From: Ramazzottius varieornatus
Taxonomy: Eukaryota; Animalia; Tardigrada
DNA length: 64,000 nt
Direction of reading: 5' to 3'
NCBI GenBank assembly: GCA_001949185.1
Contig: BDGG01000005.1
Location: 1,725,249-1,789,248, forward strand
Of the stretch, positions 13,101 through 29,147 are shown in pieces (position 1 is the stretch's first letter; the number at the start of each line of letters is the position of its first letter). The notes beneath the pieces are model-generated. The model was given only the letters and a program-made list of their open reading frames with translations, was not told the DNA's origin and searched no databases. The translations under genes and the position numbers were made by a program.

Positions 13101-16100
13101 TCATAGCAAAGCCTTATGAGGCAGAAGGTACATGTCGGCGAACTGGTACTGCAAACTATGCGGAGGCCGGACCAGAACTCTCAGACTACTTTTCTGCCCC
13201 GCGACAGTATCTCTTCCAGAAAGAACTCGTAACAGACCAAGCAAAGAACAATAGCCTACAGACATCTCTTTCCCTCGAATGAACGAGTAGCCACCTTTCA
13301 GCACATAACCGAAGGTCCGTCTATCGGAGGCGTCGACCACCGCCGTAGGGTCAGCCAGAATCTTCTCTACTTGCAACTTCCTTCTCTCCTTTACAGCCAT
13401 CTTCCTGAATGGGTCCTTCTTTGCCGCCTCGACTGGTCCTTTGAATGTCTTGTCAGCTACGAGCTTGGTCAAGTCATCCTCATTCGGGATACAAATGGTA
13501 GAGAAGTCTTGCGAAGTGCCTCCAGCATCGAAAGACACGCAGACCGGAAGAAGACCTTCACGGTGGAGCTGAAGTAACTCTGCACAGTCCACTCTGAACT
13601 TCTCCAGTGTTACGGGACCGTTAAGTAAGCTTTGCAGCTGGAAAAGCAGCTTTAGGTTTCGTACGACATGAAAACCACCAGACTCAAGAGCAGAGTTTGC
13701 GGGAGACTCTTTGGTTGAGGTTTCGTTCAGGGTGACCCATTCGCGAGTGAGGACTTTCCACGGACAGTGGCATGGACTCTGAGAACCCATCTTGATGTAA
13801 TTTGGTCGTTTGTCAGGAGGATATCGTTGGAACTTGGCTTCTTCTACCTTGCGCCCTTCTGCGCATTCGGTGAGACCTGCAGAATACCAAAATTAAAATT
13901 TCGCCCTAAATTTGCACGCGCCTGCGTACTGGGACACCATGATCCTTAGGCGGTATATTATATGTAGGTTCATGAAAGACTGGACATTTTGTTCACCAAG
14001 CTCTTTTACGGTACTGTATTCATAATCCGTATTATTGAAACAAAATCTAGTTCTTCACCCGCAGCAGAATCAGGATAGTCGAAAGGAAACAAAAGACTGG
14101 CTTGGTGCAACGATACAGTCTGTAGTTCACGGAGACCTCCGACGCGAGCGCCGCTGTAAACCAAAGGCACCCAGAAAGACATGGCCCATCCAGCGGGAGC
14201 GATCAAGTCCCAACCTGCTCCGTACTCTGCAAGCCAAACATCATTCTGTAAATCGAGCACTCATGGAAACCATCAACATTAAAAGAACCTGCTATCGTTT
14301 TAGGTTTGACCTTCCGATACATACCTCGTCGCGAGAGGTTCTGGTCGAAGTCGTATCCGCCGTTACGAACCAACAGAATCGGCACCCGTGCCTCACGTTC
14401 ACCCAGATCCAGTTCCGATCCTAAAGAACCACTGTTAAAATAAATTCGAAACTTTACAGCCACGGCGCTCGTCGTGGGAGATGTGCTAAAACAAAACTAT
14501 AACACCCGTGTACAGCTTCATAAGCGACTCTGCGCAGGAATCGAACCTGCTGATCAGTTCATCACCGATCACCATTCAGAGTTGAGCTCGCCATGAAAGC
14601 AAGGCTGTTAAATTCTTGTAAGATTTACGTACTAGCAGAATTATGCCCACCAGTACCTACCTGGAGCAGGAAGCTCTGATCGCAACTTGTTCATCTCGAA
14701 GTCACTCAGCTTTTGCTTATTCATCTGTTGGCGTACGTCTTGATCCCATATGAACGACGCTGCTATCGACGAAGAACGGTCTGGCAATTTTGAGCTTACC
14801 GAAGATTCTTCTGCTGTCTCTGCGAAACGCAAGTGTTTACAAACCTTCCCTATTCTAGACACTAGACATGGGTTACTCGCACTGATCGACAAACAAACTC
14901 GAACAGGTGGTTTTCCCAAGTGGTGCACGTTCCCAGCCGACAGCCGTGAAAACGTGCGCCACTTGGGATCACTATATTTCAAATGATGATGTTCAATTGA
15001 ACACTTACTTGTGTCTTTCTGACCCTCAAGGCTCGTCTTCATCTTTGGGCGGAACAATCTGGGGTCCCGGACCACAAGACCTAGCACACTTCCGGCACGA
15101 ACCTCCAGAAAGGACGGGTTCACAGCCATGTTGTTCCACACATCTCGTTGCTTGTTGGCCAGCTCCAGAGCGCTCTCTTCACCAGCACCAAAGACTCTCA
15201 CCCACCAATACTCCATGTTCCCATGGCCAGTTGGACTAACTAGGTTTGCTGGTTTGAGCACACTCTTCAAGACCTCGGTACTTTTCGGACCAGTCAGACG
15301 AAAGCGGACCAAGTCATCTTTCTTATTTCTCAAAGTAACAGTGCCGGAAGCATACTCTAGACTCTGTACGACTAGTTCAGCCGCCTTCTCTTTTCCCACT
15401 GCGGTCGCACTTGGCAGTTCTTTCATATCAACATCTTCGTCCTCTAGCGTCATGCTGCTCTGTTCTCCGGCAGTTTCGTTAGTCTGAGCGCTTGCTGCTG
15501 CACCACCGGAAGTTACTGCTTTCATCTCGAAAATGCGAAGAAGTTCATCTACCAGTCCCGCACTACAAGACGGGTGAGCCCAAATATGCAACTTCCACTG
15601 GCTGGTATGAGTGTTGGTTTCACCAGTCGGGAACCACGAAAAGCGAACCGGTCCGAGGACTTTATTCGGGTACTGTCCAGTTTCGTACAGCAAGCAGGAA
15701 CCTTCCAGATGTCCGGCCAAGTAGTCATTATAGGCAAATGTGCGACCTGCAAAGAAAAGACAACATAAACATCACTGAAAGAGAACAACAAGAATATGGG
15801 TAATCGACAGTATCGACCGTATCGGTACCGATTTCCGGGGAAGTGAGCGTTTGCAGTCCAGATAGAAGTGCAGCTTGTGGACCTTCCAGTTCGAGACAGA
15901 CCAAGTACGACATGTCCGTCATAAGGCAGTGTTCACTGGAAGCTCGAAATGCAGCTCGGAAGCCTTTGTCGTTGGGATAATGAGCAATTTTACGACCCCA
16001 TTTTGGAATCATGTGGAAGCGCTTGGCGTGCCAAACGTGGGTCTCCAACCAGCCATTTGTCGCACTTCTCCTCGTATACATGGCTTTCTTGTTCCTCCCA

Positions 16101-16709
16101 CGTTTTCGGTACTTGCGCCGAGGACGTTTCGGTGCTTTAGTATTGCTTGTCTGTGTTGAAGAGAAACATACCTGGTTACTTTATAAATGGTTCACGCACG
16201 CTTCAAGTGTTTGATGCTGAGAGCATGCGCCACTTTGAAGAAACCATCGTGTCGGGCTCGGTTCATCTCCATGCGAACACATACCTCTTTGAACGCGACT
16301 GCTCTTAGTCTCTTGGGGAGACGTTTGACATTGTAGCTCATGGCTCGGCGTCGCATATGTCGAGGAAGCTGCTGAAACACTCGTTTGTTGGTCTTTTTCA
16401 AAGCGAGGGAATCAACAAGTGTTCTGATTTCTCGCGATCGCTTCTCGGCAAAGGCAATCACGTTAAGGTCTGTGAAGCAAAAGAGTCTACTTTACCAGGC
16501 TTCAGCCTACATGTGGTACATACACTAATGTACTGATATTCTTGAAACTTACCTTTTGGCGGAGCAGATTGCGCAGCCTCCCGGCTTGTTTCCGGGTGAG
16601 AAGATACCGCAAATCCGTCAGCTGATGCAACAGAGCCGGATGGACTCTGTCGTCGATCTCCAAGGCTTCCGCCATCCCTCTTGCGCTTCCCTCCTCTTGA
16701 CGACTTCAT
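13101..16709 (-). CDS. POP1: Ribonuclease P/MRP protein subunit POP1, multi-exon
   Basis: FQQLPRHMRRRAMSYNVKRLP, WLETHVWHAKRFHM, DMSYLVCLEL, HIWAHPS, GWDLIAPAGWAMSFWVPLVYSGARVGGLRE, FPFDYPDS, C-terminal GYVLKGGYSFIRGK..VLVRPPHSLQY. Confidence 0.95.
14527..14582 (-). ncRNA. tRNA-like structured RNA element (acceptor-like stem + 8-bp hairpin + T-arm, no D-arm) in POP1 intron 14421-14660, sense to POP1
   Basis: Minus strand reads ACUCUGA AUGG UGAUCGGU GAUGA ACUGAUCA GCAGG UUCGAUU CCUGC GCAGAGU; flanks pair further (14515-14600). Confidence 0.65.
14890..14970. repeat. GGCGCAC-N25 palindrome family copy (POP1 intron)
   Basis: tcccaagtggtgcac-N25-gtgcgccacttggga. Confidence 0.85.
16185..16260. 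repeat. Degenerate palindrome family copy (POP1 intron)
   Basis: cacgcacgctt...agcatgcgccactttgaagaaaccatcgtgtcgggctcg. Confidence 0.6.
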
Positions 16710-17289
16710 TATGGGTACCCTGCGAGAACAACAGATCGCTACTATCGTTGTCAACGACTCAACGCCATAGGCTCGTAGCTGCAGCCTGCACGAGTCTTCC
16801 TGTTCCAGTTTCAATTTTCAAACGGAAGATCAAGAAGCGCCTTCGCATCTTTGAAGGTCACCGCTATCTTCGGTCCTAGGCGAGTTACTGATGGGTGTAA
16901 GGGCCGGGGCGAAATGCTTACCACCGCGGCCTGCCATTGTTCCCGTACTGCATCTGATGTGGTTGTGCGCATGGTATGATTCATGATGGTTCAAACGGGG
17001 AGATTACACCCGGGGCCCACACTTGAAATTTCAATTTGGAGTTGAACTTCCGGTCGTAAAATTGTCAGCCATGACGGTTCTTTGTTGTGGTTTACCTTGA
17101 CGTACGCGTCTTAATCCGTCTTGCAATCGGAATCTTCTCGTCCCATGAACTTGTCTTCCAGTATTACTAACGTTGCTCCTGTCTGTTTACCAGGAAGAAG
17201 GCTGGAGTATTCATCTCTCAATGGGAAGACGGAGGGGTTAAGGCTTCAAGCTGGAGAACGTATTTCGCTTCTTCAACGGGCATGGCGGA

Positions 17290-21021
<3,732 letters not shown>

Positions 21022-21263
21022 TTTTGTTTTTTTTACCATGAAGACGTGTTTTTTTCATCTTTGGTTCTAATGGGATGAACTTGCCGCAATACTCAGTTTC
21101 CTTGATATTCCTGCTTTCTTGTTTTACCTTATTAGCGGCTAATTTGCTTCATGTCTGCCAAAGAAACGATCTGATCGCAGAGGCCTGGCTTTTGATTTCC
21201 ATTTTTACTAACCTTTAGACTGTTTGGTACGCTGATTCCTGCTTAAGTTCTTTTAGCCTTCAT

Positions 21264-21392
21264 TGTAGTACTGTATACTCTCCCGAAATTCACGTACGTC
21301 ACTCCATTCAGAGTGTAAAACTAGACGGTAAGACCCCAATGATTTGAGAGTCAGTGACGTACGTGAATTTCGGGAGGGCATACAGTACTGCA
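21264..21392. mobile_element. MITE-like inverted repeat (40-bp arms, 49-bp spacer) downstream of groucho
   Basis: tgtagtactgtatactctcccgaaattcacgtacgtcact (21264-21303) vs agtgacgtacgtgaatttcgggagggcatacagtactgca (21353-21392), 3 mismatches. Confidence 0.7.
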
Positions 21393-21517
21393 CAAGCGAT
21401 AAAATTAATTCAGCACCGATCGAAATACACACTAATATAGGCTTTGTTAAAACAAAATAGCATAAAGATGAGTTTTACCGTTATATTTGCCATCTTCGAT
21501 TTGCCCTTAACATTGTT

Positions 21518-22156
21518 TCATTCTGCAACCTCGAATGCAATGTCCTTCCCCGGGGATGGATCCATTTGAGTGAAAGTAACTGGCCTACGAGCGTCCGGTG
21601 GGCAACTTGGAATCGTGCAGCGACTGTTGAATAAACCGATCGACATCGACGCCGGTACTTGAAAAGGCAGCTTGGCTCGAATTCCCCACGAACCGTACGA
21701 CGCCGCGAATTTATACACAGTGTTGACATAGAAGCCAGTGTTGTAGTTTCGTGGACTACGGCGCTGGAACTCGGGGAAACAACACACTTGCAACTGCTCC
21801 TCCACAAACATCAAAGTCATGTCCTCGATGGGGAAGTTGTCATCGCCGACCCATTCTGCGAACCCGAAATATTCGGGATGCTGAAGAAGGTCGAGTTGAG
21901 GCCGGAACCCGGCATCCAGCTCTGTGGTGGCGTCGGCGCTGTACGCAAACGTAATCGGATACGCCGTGGGATCCTCATTGGACTGAAGCAGTGACGACAG
22001 CGGGGAATAAGTAATGGCAGATATGGTAAGGCCGCTGTCCGCATCGGTTGGACGTTGTCCGTGAAACTGACGCTGTTTCGGGCAGTCAGCCATCACATAC
22101 AACGCCATTCGCTGATGTGGGACCGTATACCGAATGAAAACTATTTGTCCGACCAT
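21518..22156 (-). pseudogene. Truncated GH16-like (concanavalin/beta-glucan-binding fold) paralog fragment
   Basis: C-terminal end of one repeat (MALYVMADCP..DSGLTISAITYSP) plus N-terminal half of the next (FPIEDM..QLQVCCF..FYVNTVYKF..YGSWGIRAKLP), stops before the FHTY motif; clearly paralogous to 23765-25464. Confidence 0.6.
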
Positions 22157-23764
22157 TTTTGGTACGAGCTGCTTTTGAGATCACCAAAACACTTGCTTGC
22201 GTCACTATACATTTGTAGCTAGCCGTGGTAGCCCTATGTTGCAGGTATGCATCTGTGAAGAACCTGAAGTCAACCCGGACGTATCTGCCCATTAAAATTC
22301 ATAACGAACCTGTTTCGGCCAAAGGTTTCAGCACTGATAATCATGAACGTCGGCGGAATACCAAGCCATAGGGACTTCAGCTGACAGCACCGGGTTCACG
22401 CACAAACGACTGGAACTGGTACACGTGAACGCTAGCATCTGTTAGACAAAATCAGAAGTTCCAGCTGATAGTCAGGACTCTGGACATAATTATTCATAGT
22501 ATTGTATTATATGTCCGTCTGAACATAAACTTCAGCACGCGAAAAATGACCACACGTGCCATCCTCCACGTTCTGAAAAAGGTACATTCTCCCGCGGGTC
22601 TGCAGAATGGAAAGAATGGAAAGTCCCCGCTACAGTTCGATCTGTTTGTTTCCCATGCACAATGAAGGAACGATCAACACCTCCAGCTCGGCTTGGTCGT
22701 ACACTCACTGCACCGTATGGGGAAACAGGAAACAGCCGTGCCAAAAGCCGGCCACAAAGGAGCACCCCTCCGCACTAACTTTGGTCTCAGCACGATTGAT
22801 ATTGCCGAATATCCAGGCTAAGAATTACGGTTTCATGAGAAAAGACAGACGCTGGCCGTGAATGAAATTGGGTGTAGTCTTCGATGAATACGCAGCGGAC
22901 CGCTAATTCGGATAAAATTGAAACAAAACATGCAAAACTTGGTCAGCAAGATATGACGCTTGATACTGTAGTACAAACAACGCGGATAAGATTTACGAGA
23001 AGCGCAGGGGTTAGTTGTAAGGTTGGAGATTATTTATAGCTTGCACTCACGTGGATGATGGAGGTCAGCAAAGCTTTGTCTGCAGAGATGGCCAATCCGA
23101 ACACTTTCTTGTTCCGACATAGCCGGCTGGTAATGTAAAGAGTGGAAGGAGGCGAGATGTGGGCAGATCTGGATTTTCACTCAGCAGGATCGAATTCCTA
23201 CACGATACTTGGACCCCGATCTGAAGGACAAAAATGCTGGTATAGTCTGAAGGAAGGTTGAAATCACAAATTTTTCCGTTGACGCCTAACCGTTGCTTTT
23301 GGATTTGGCCAGTCCGAGGTCCTTCATCCACTGTTCTTTGTTGATGCGAATGACGATCGAGGTGATGTTTTTGATGGCATCCACGATGATTCTGTACTTG
23401 TCCGCAATCAGGTCGACCGAACGATCCAACGTGAAGGGAGTAGCTGTTGTGGTCTCGAGTCCGTCGTTTCTCGGCTCATCGAGTTCGGGACTACTTACTG
23501 GCACATTCGCTCGGGCGGGAGTCCAAAATGCGGGAGTCCAAAATGCCTGGACTTAATTGACGATGTGGTTGGAGAGGCGACGGCCGAGTCTGCCCAGCAT
23601 ATCATATCGAGAATCTCATGATAATCTTCCGTCGCAGTGTACGATCTGGTAGTCGTGCGTGTGCTAGAAGATGTAGCAGACTCTGGCTTCCGTCGATCGA
23701 GGCCTAACGATGGCGAACCGTAAGAAGAAAATGATGGTCTCCGAGTACTTGCTCGCGCACCCGT

Positions 23765-25464
23765 TTAGGCTGGAGTCCAAGATGTGAATGGCCACTTTGT
23801 CGTAAGCTCCGAGGGTTCTTCCGTAGTAGGCCTCTTCCACGATGTAGTTGGAGACGTCGTGGTCCGGTCAATCGCACGTCTGAAACCGAACAGATCCACA
23901 CCCTTCCGACGTGGAGGAAGTCGTAGTCGATGGTGTGGCGGGAGACGTTGCGAACTGTGGCGTCCGGCGTTCCAGTGTGGGCGAACCCGAAGAGAAGGGT
24001 GTGTGGACGATGGACGAGATGGTAAAGGAGCTGTCTTCATCGAAGGATTGCGTGAAATCGTCGTCGGGACAGAAGACACTTACATGGAAGACCATCTTTT
24101 CCTGTGGAATCATAGCGGGGTCGAAATACCCGGCTACGACTTTCCCATCAATTCTCCAGTCCAGGCTGTCCGCTTGCCAGATAATCTCGTAGGTATGGAA
24201 GGAGTCTTCGTATTTCTGCAGCTTCTTCGTGCCTCTGAACGATTGATCCACTGCTCCATTATCCAACGTGAAGTCCGTCTGGAATTGGATGTGGGTCTCA
24301 ATAAGCGGGTGCAGCCTCATGACTGTCGCAGGAGCCTCCACCAGCGGTGGGCAGATGGGAGGTCTGCAGTGATCGTCAGTCAGGGCGAGCCTCATCGATA
24401 TTTGGACTTTAGAGGGAAGCTTGGCCCGAATCGTCCATGTACCGTACAGCGCGTCGAATTTCTCCACAGTGCTGACATAAAAGCCGTCAGTGCCGTTGTA
24501 ACGCGGTTGGTAACGTCGCTGACGAAGTTCCTGGAAACAACGAACTTGTAGCTGTTGATTGGCCAGGGCGGGTGAGATGTCATCGATGGGGAAATCTTCG
24601 TTGCCGATCCGTTCTCCAATTGCCAGGTATTCGTCATGCTGAACGAAGTTGAAAACCGGTGTAGGTGGCTTGGGCTTGGGGAGGGTAAGAGAATTGGAAG
24701 AGAAGGGTGTGTAAACGATGGACGATATGGTGAAGAAGCTATCTTCATCGATGGACTGCGTGAGGTCATCGGGGCAGGCTGCACTGACAAAGCGGAACCA
24801 TAGCGCGATCGAAAACTCCAGTGAGGACTTTCCCGTCGATCCGCCATTGCAGGCTGTCTGCTTGCCAAATGATCTCGGACGTATGGAAGGAGTATTTGTA
24901 CTTCTGCAGCTTCCTTGTGCCTCGCGATCGAAGAGCTTCATCCACTGTGCCGCTGCTCCAGGTGTAGACCGTGTCGACCTGCATGTAGGGTTCGGATTAT
25001 GGTTTCAGCGTCAGAAGTGTAGCAGGAGGCGCCACCATCGGCGGACAGCTGGGAGGTCGACAGTTGGCGTTGGTCAGAGTCATCTTCATGGTGCCTTGTA
25101 CCTTGGAGGGCAGCTTGGCACGGATCATCCATGTACCGTACATCGCGTCGAATTTCTCCACAGTGCTGACGTAAAAACTCTCGGTGTCGTTGAGCAGGTA
25201 CCGCAGTGGGGAACGCTGATTTCGCAGTTCCTGGAAGCAGCGGAGCTGGAGCTGTTTGTTCACCAGCACGGACGACATATTCTCGATGGGGAAGTCTTCG
25301 CCGCCGACCCATTCGCCGAATGCCAGATATTCTTCATGCAGAACAAAGTTGAAATCCGGTGAAGTGGGGTTGGGTCGTGGGGAAACTTGGACTTGCATGC
25401 AGCATAAAATGGCGAAAGCGAACAAGAATTCTAGAAACCGATCGTTGCGAGCCATTTTCGTCAT
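23765..25464 (-). pseudogene. Secreted tandem GH16-like protein (signal peptide, 2 GH16-like repeats, Ser/Thr-rich tail) disrupted by a stop and frameshifts
   Basis: Signal peptide FLEFLFAFAILCC; YGTWxIRAKLP and FHTYEIIWQADSLDWRIDGK GH16 hallmarks twice; in-frame TAA 24997-24999, frameshifting deletion near 24791, probable frameshift near 23900. Confidence 0.7.
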
Positions 25465-25929
25465 TCGGAAAAGGTATTACCGCGGAAGAGATTAACAACG
25501 GTAACTGATTCCGAACTACGGGTCGTCATACATAGTCGGTATTATATATCAAAAATTACGCGATGTATCCGCGACGAGCCGGAAAGCGAAGCGGATTGTT
25601 TGCCCATTAAGGTTGGTGAGAAACCAGTTCCCAGTGTCACCGAAGGTTTCTTGCTTTTGTTAGTTTGGACATATGAGGAAATAAAGAGCCGGGAGCATCT
25701 CATTATTGATCAGGACCCGGAATCCAAATGACGTCGCTCAGCCCACGATAGCGGATGATGACATCGGCTGACGAAACTCTCTCTGCAAGTGTCGGACACG
25801 ATTACAGACATCCAAATACTAACTGATGAATGCCATTAAAAAGGTATGATATTAATAATTTTCTCTCTCCAGTATAGGTTAACTTCTGGAAAAAAATAAA
25901 ACGGGATGTCGGGCAGATGAATGGAGCGC

Positions 25930-26010
25930 AGTCGTTCTATCAAGTTGCGTACGTTCCCATTATTAACAGCGGAAAGTGCGCGCGACTCGGGAAAACGATC
26001 ATGTTTAACT
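25930..26010. repeat. Palindrome family copy (downstream of CPVL)
   Basis: caagttgcgtac...gcgcgcgactcgggaaaacgatc. Confidence 0.6.
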
Positions 26011-26131
26011 CATTTGCCGACGTCCGAAATCGGGAAAATTTTGAGCAAGGGACTAAATCAATAAACAGAGAGACAATACAGAAAAAAAAACATCCTGATT
26101 TGAATACAGTCTTAAAAGTCAAAGTGAAAGC

Positions 26132-28219
26132 TTAGTCCCGGAAAGAACGTTCGTTGAGGAATCTGTAGATTAAGTCGAAGGAAAATCTCGGTTGGTCGTA
26201 CGGTAACATGTGCCCACCTGCAAATCCAGGCATGAAAAGCGGACAGACAAATGTAAAGTATTGAGAAAACCAACGTTGACCGTTCTCGTACCTGCGCGCA
26301 CGCCGACCTGATAGAACGGTGGTGAGGACCCCACCATCCGAACATAGCCAGCCGCTTCGACATCGTCCTTCTGTACTTTCCACACAAACTTGTTCGCCTT
26401 CTTGTACTCTTCTGCCCGCTTCCACTCCAGCTTACTCAAGAAGTTCTCCGTCAACGGTAAGGCACAAATGATATCCAGCTGGCCATTGTACAGCATGACC
26501 TTGTAGTTCTCCATCAGAGGCACCAAGTAATGCTTGGCTGTCTTGTAGATATCCTCCAGAAGGTACTTCTCCACCTTCAACCCACCATCAAAGACCTGGT
26601 TACCCACATGAATGGCACTTCGGACGTGGCATTGGTTCAAGTAGCGTAGGTAGTTACTGAAACCGGCGGGTTCGGTGGACTGAAGGAAGTTATAGTAGTA
26701 TCGGGAACCGCTGATGTTGAAGAAGTACGTTGGGTACGGGAAGCGGTCGCCATCCATCACTGGGTCTTCGATCTCGAAAGCGTCGAGGTATCGTTCCTCT
26801 TGGATGGCTTTCTTGACGAGGACGTTCTTGGCGTTGATGTAGTCGCGCTCTTTGTCGTCGGCCATTCCAATGTTGTAGAGGAGGTCACCGTAGTCTAGCA
26901 TGTTCTCCGGGTCAACCCACCCATTTCCGATCGCCACTCCTGCGGAGAAAGTTCTTGGTATAATATTATGATAAAATCCAAATTACCATACAGCGATAAC
27001 TCTGACGCATATCGAAATTGTGGGCAGATTGTTTGGGGAGCCGAAAACGACAGTTTGCCCATCTTGAGCCCACCTGCTTACTCCAACTCCACCTCATAAA
27101 GACCGGTACCATGTACACAATCAGTGAAAGCGGCGTAAAGATGCCATAATATTTTCTTCTTCTTTACTTCGATGAGAAAAGTACCTTTGAATGGGAGCTT
27201 CAGCTTTGACTTCTGATTGTTCATGTGAACTGTATAACCTGCGGAAGACGGAAGGTTAAACTAGCACCGTATGTCAAGAGACAACTACTTACAGCTGCTA
27301 ATCTTGACATGCAAACTGACCTAGAGCAGGAACGTATTTCCCGCCGTAAGATTCTCCCGTGATGTACAAGTCACTCGATTTTTGATACCGCGGAAACAGC
27401 TCGTAGAACTGCAGTAGCGCTTCATACAGGTTCTTTCCAACTTGGTCTTGATTCCTCGCATAACCGTCATCGCTTTTCGTGAAGCTCCAGCCCGTACCGA
27501 CAGGATTATCTATGTAGAGCATGTTGGCCAACAGCGTCCACCGATAATCACGGGGTATCAGACGCAGGTCGTCCGTCACGTAAAAAGGGCCATGTTCATC
27601 GAATAACCCAAACATCGAAGTAGCACCAGGACCACCTTGAAGCCATACCACCACGGGGGCGTTCTCCGGCTCGGCTACTTCCGCTTGGAAAAACCAAAAG
27701 AACATTTGGCTGGAATCGGACTGGTTCACGGTCAGGTAACCACTGTAACTCGTTACATTCGTTCCCGGAAGGTGTACCTATCATGCAGAAAGAACCTTCA
27801 TCCAAAGCATACATCATAATGGTTAACGTAGTCCGAAAGTACCCGAGCTTGTTCCTGAGCTTCCGCAATGTCGCCGTTCCGTATCATGGGCGTGAGAATT
27901 AGGGGATCCATGTCGGGACATACATCCCCATGTTGGTCTCGGAACTTATGTGGCGTCCATGCCTTCCAGGGCTTCTTACTCGGTGAAGAGAAATCCACTT
28001 TCCCTGCCGGAAAAGTAAAAGTTAGTTGCTCGGAAAACAAGCATACGCCCCATAATACGGCTATGCCCACGCTATATAGTCTAATATAGGTAACACAAGG
28101 TGAAACGCATGCCGATGCAGTGGAGACTTACCAGATTGCGGAGCTTTAGGTGTTATTACCACAGCTGACGCCACTACCATCAGCAGCGAGAGAAATCCCC
28201 AGAGTTGAATGGTGTCCAT
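26132..28219 (-). CDS. CPVL: Serine carboxypeptidase S10 (CPVL / vitellogenic carboxypeptidase-like), multi-exon
   Basis: Signal peptide MDTIQLWGFLSLLMVVASA; PLILTP, YSGYLTV, WLQGGPG, YIDNPVGTGWSF, TGESYGGKYVP, AIGNGWVDP, YNGQLDII, AGHMLPYDQP-type motif. Confidence 0.94.
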
Positions 28220-29147
28220 CCCGGGTCTCTAAACAGCAAGTCAGAAACAGCGCGGTCGACCACCGGAAGTGGGCTGACAGTCGATATCCTCTATATGGCT
28301 GGAAACCCAGGAGCTCGCTGACTGTTGCAGACCCAGTAAAAGATCCTCGTCACAAAGAAATAGCGTACGAGACAGCTAAGAATCCTACCGACCTGCACGA
28401 AGCACGGAAGCAGACTTGAACACTGGAAGGAACTGATCCGGCGATGCACACCATGGACCGATAAGAACAGCAACCCATGAACCAATGGGTCCCCTGTCGA
28501 TCCTGTTCACGTCCCGAACGGCCTGCCAAGAGCGACACAACGATGCATCACCCGACTAGCTAGTGCGCACACGCACAGGCGGCATGCGCTGGGCATAATG
28601 CCCATGAATTTGGTAGACGGTGCTACGGAACGACGTATTTGTAGTCCGAAACAGGACTGCCTAGCTCTGTTCTCCGTCCGCAGTCTCGTGGCGGTCTTGT
28701 CCACTGCCAGCCTGTTACAGGTGTTTGTTGCGTCGACGATTACAAGTTTCCCTACGGCACAAGCCGTGGCTAAAACAGTTACAGCTTGGAGAGCTCATCA
28801 GAAACCTCAACAAACACCTTTAAAAGGCATATCTTATGCGACAGAACCCATAAAGCCAAAACTGGGACAAGCAATAGGTTCAAAGAAGGTTCCGTATGAG
28901 GCTCCGAACAGAGCGGATTGTAAGGGGCCATGAGAAGATCTGGTAGCGGACCCGACTGGTGACTGACCGACAATGGTCAAACAACAGAGCGGACTCAGCG
29001 GCTGCGCATCTAGATCTGAGCACGATCTTGGGAATTACAGCTCACGGAGTCCTCCCCACTCCTTTCGCTCGGCGTCCAGCGTCTCTTCATCACCTGGTCT
29101 TACTTTCTTGGGAACAGCTGTTTTAAAGTTAGTCACTACCCTTGTGC

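Noticed and set aside
14527-14582. Calling the T-loop element a genuine tRNA gene
   Set aside because: No D-arm or clear A-box, a 5-nt loop instead of an anticodon loop, and only 56 nt; kept as tRNA-like only.
23784-25362. Long plus-strand ORFs (255 aa and 214 aa)
   Set aside because: Antisense shadows of the GH16-like coding sequence.
28290-28933. Short ORFs between CPVL and the hAT element (e.g. MGCCSYRSMV)
   Set aside because: No supportable homology; likely CPVL leader or promoter sequence.
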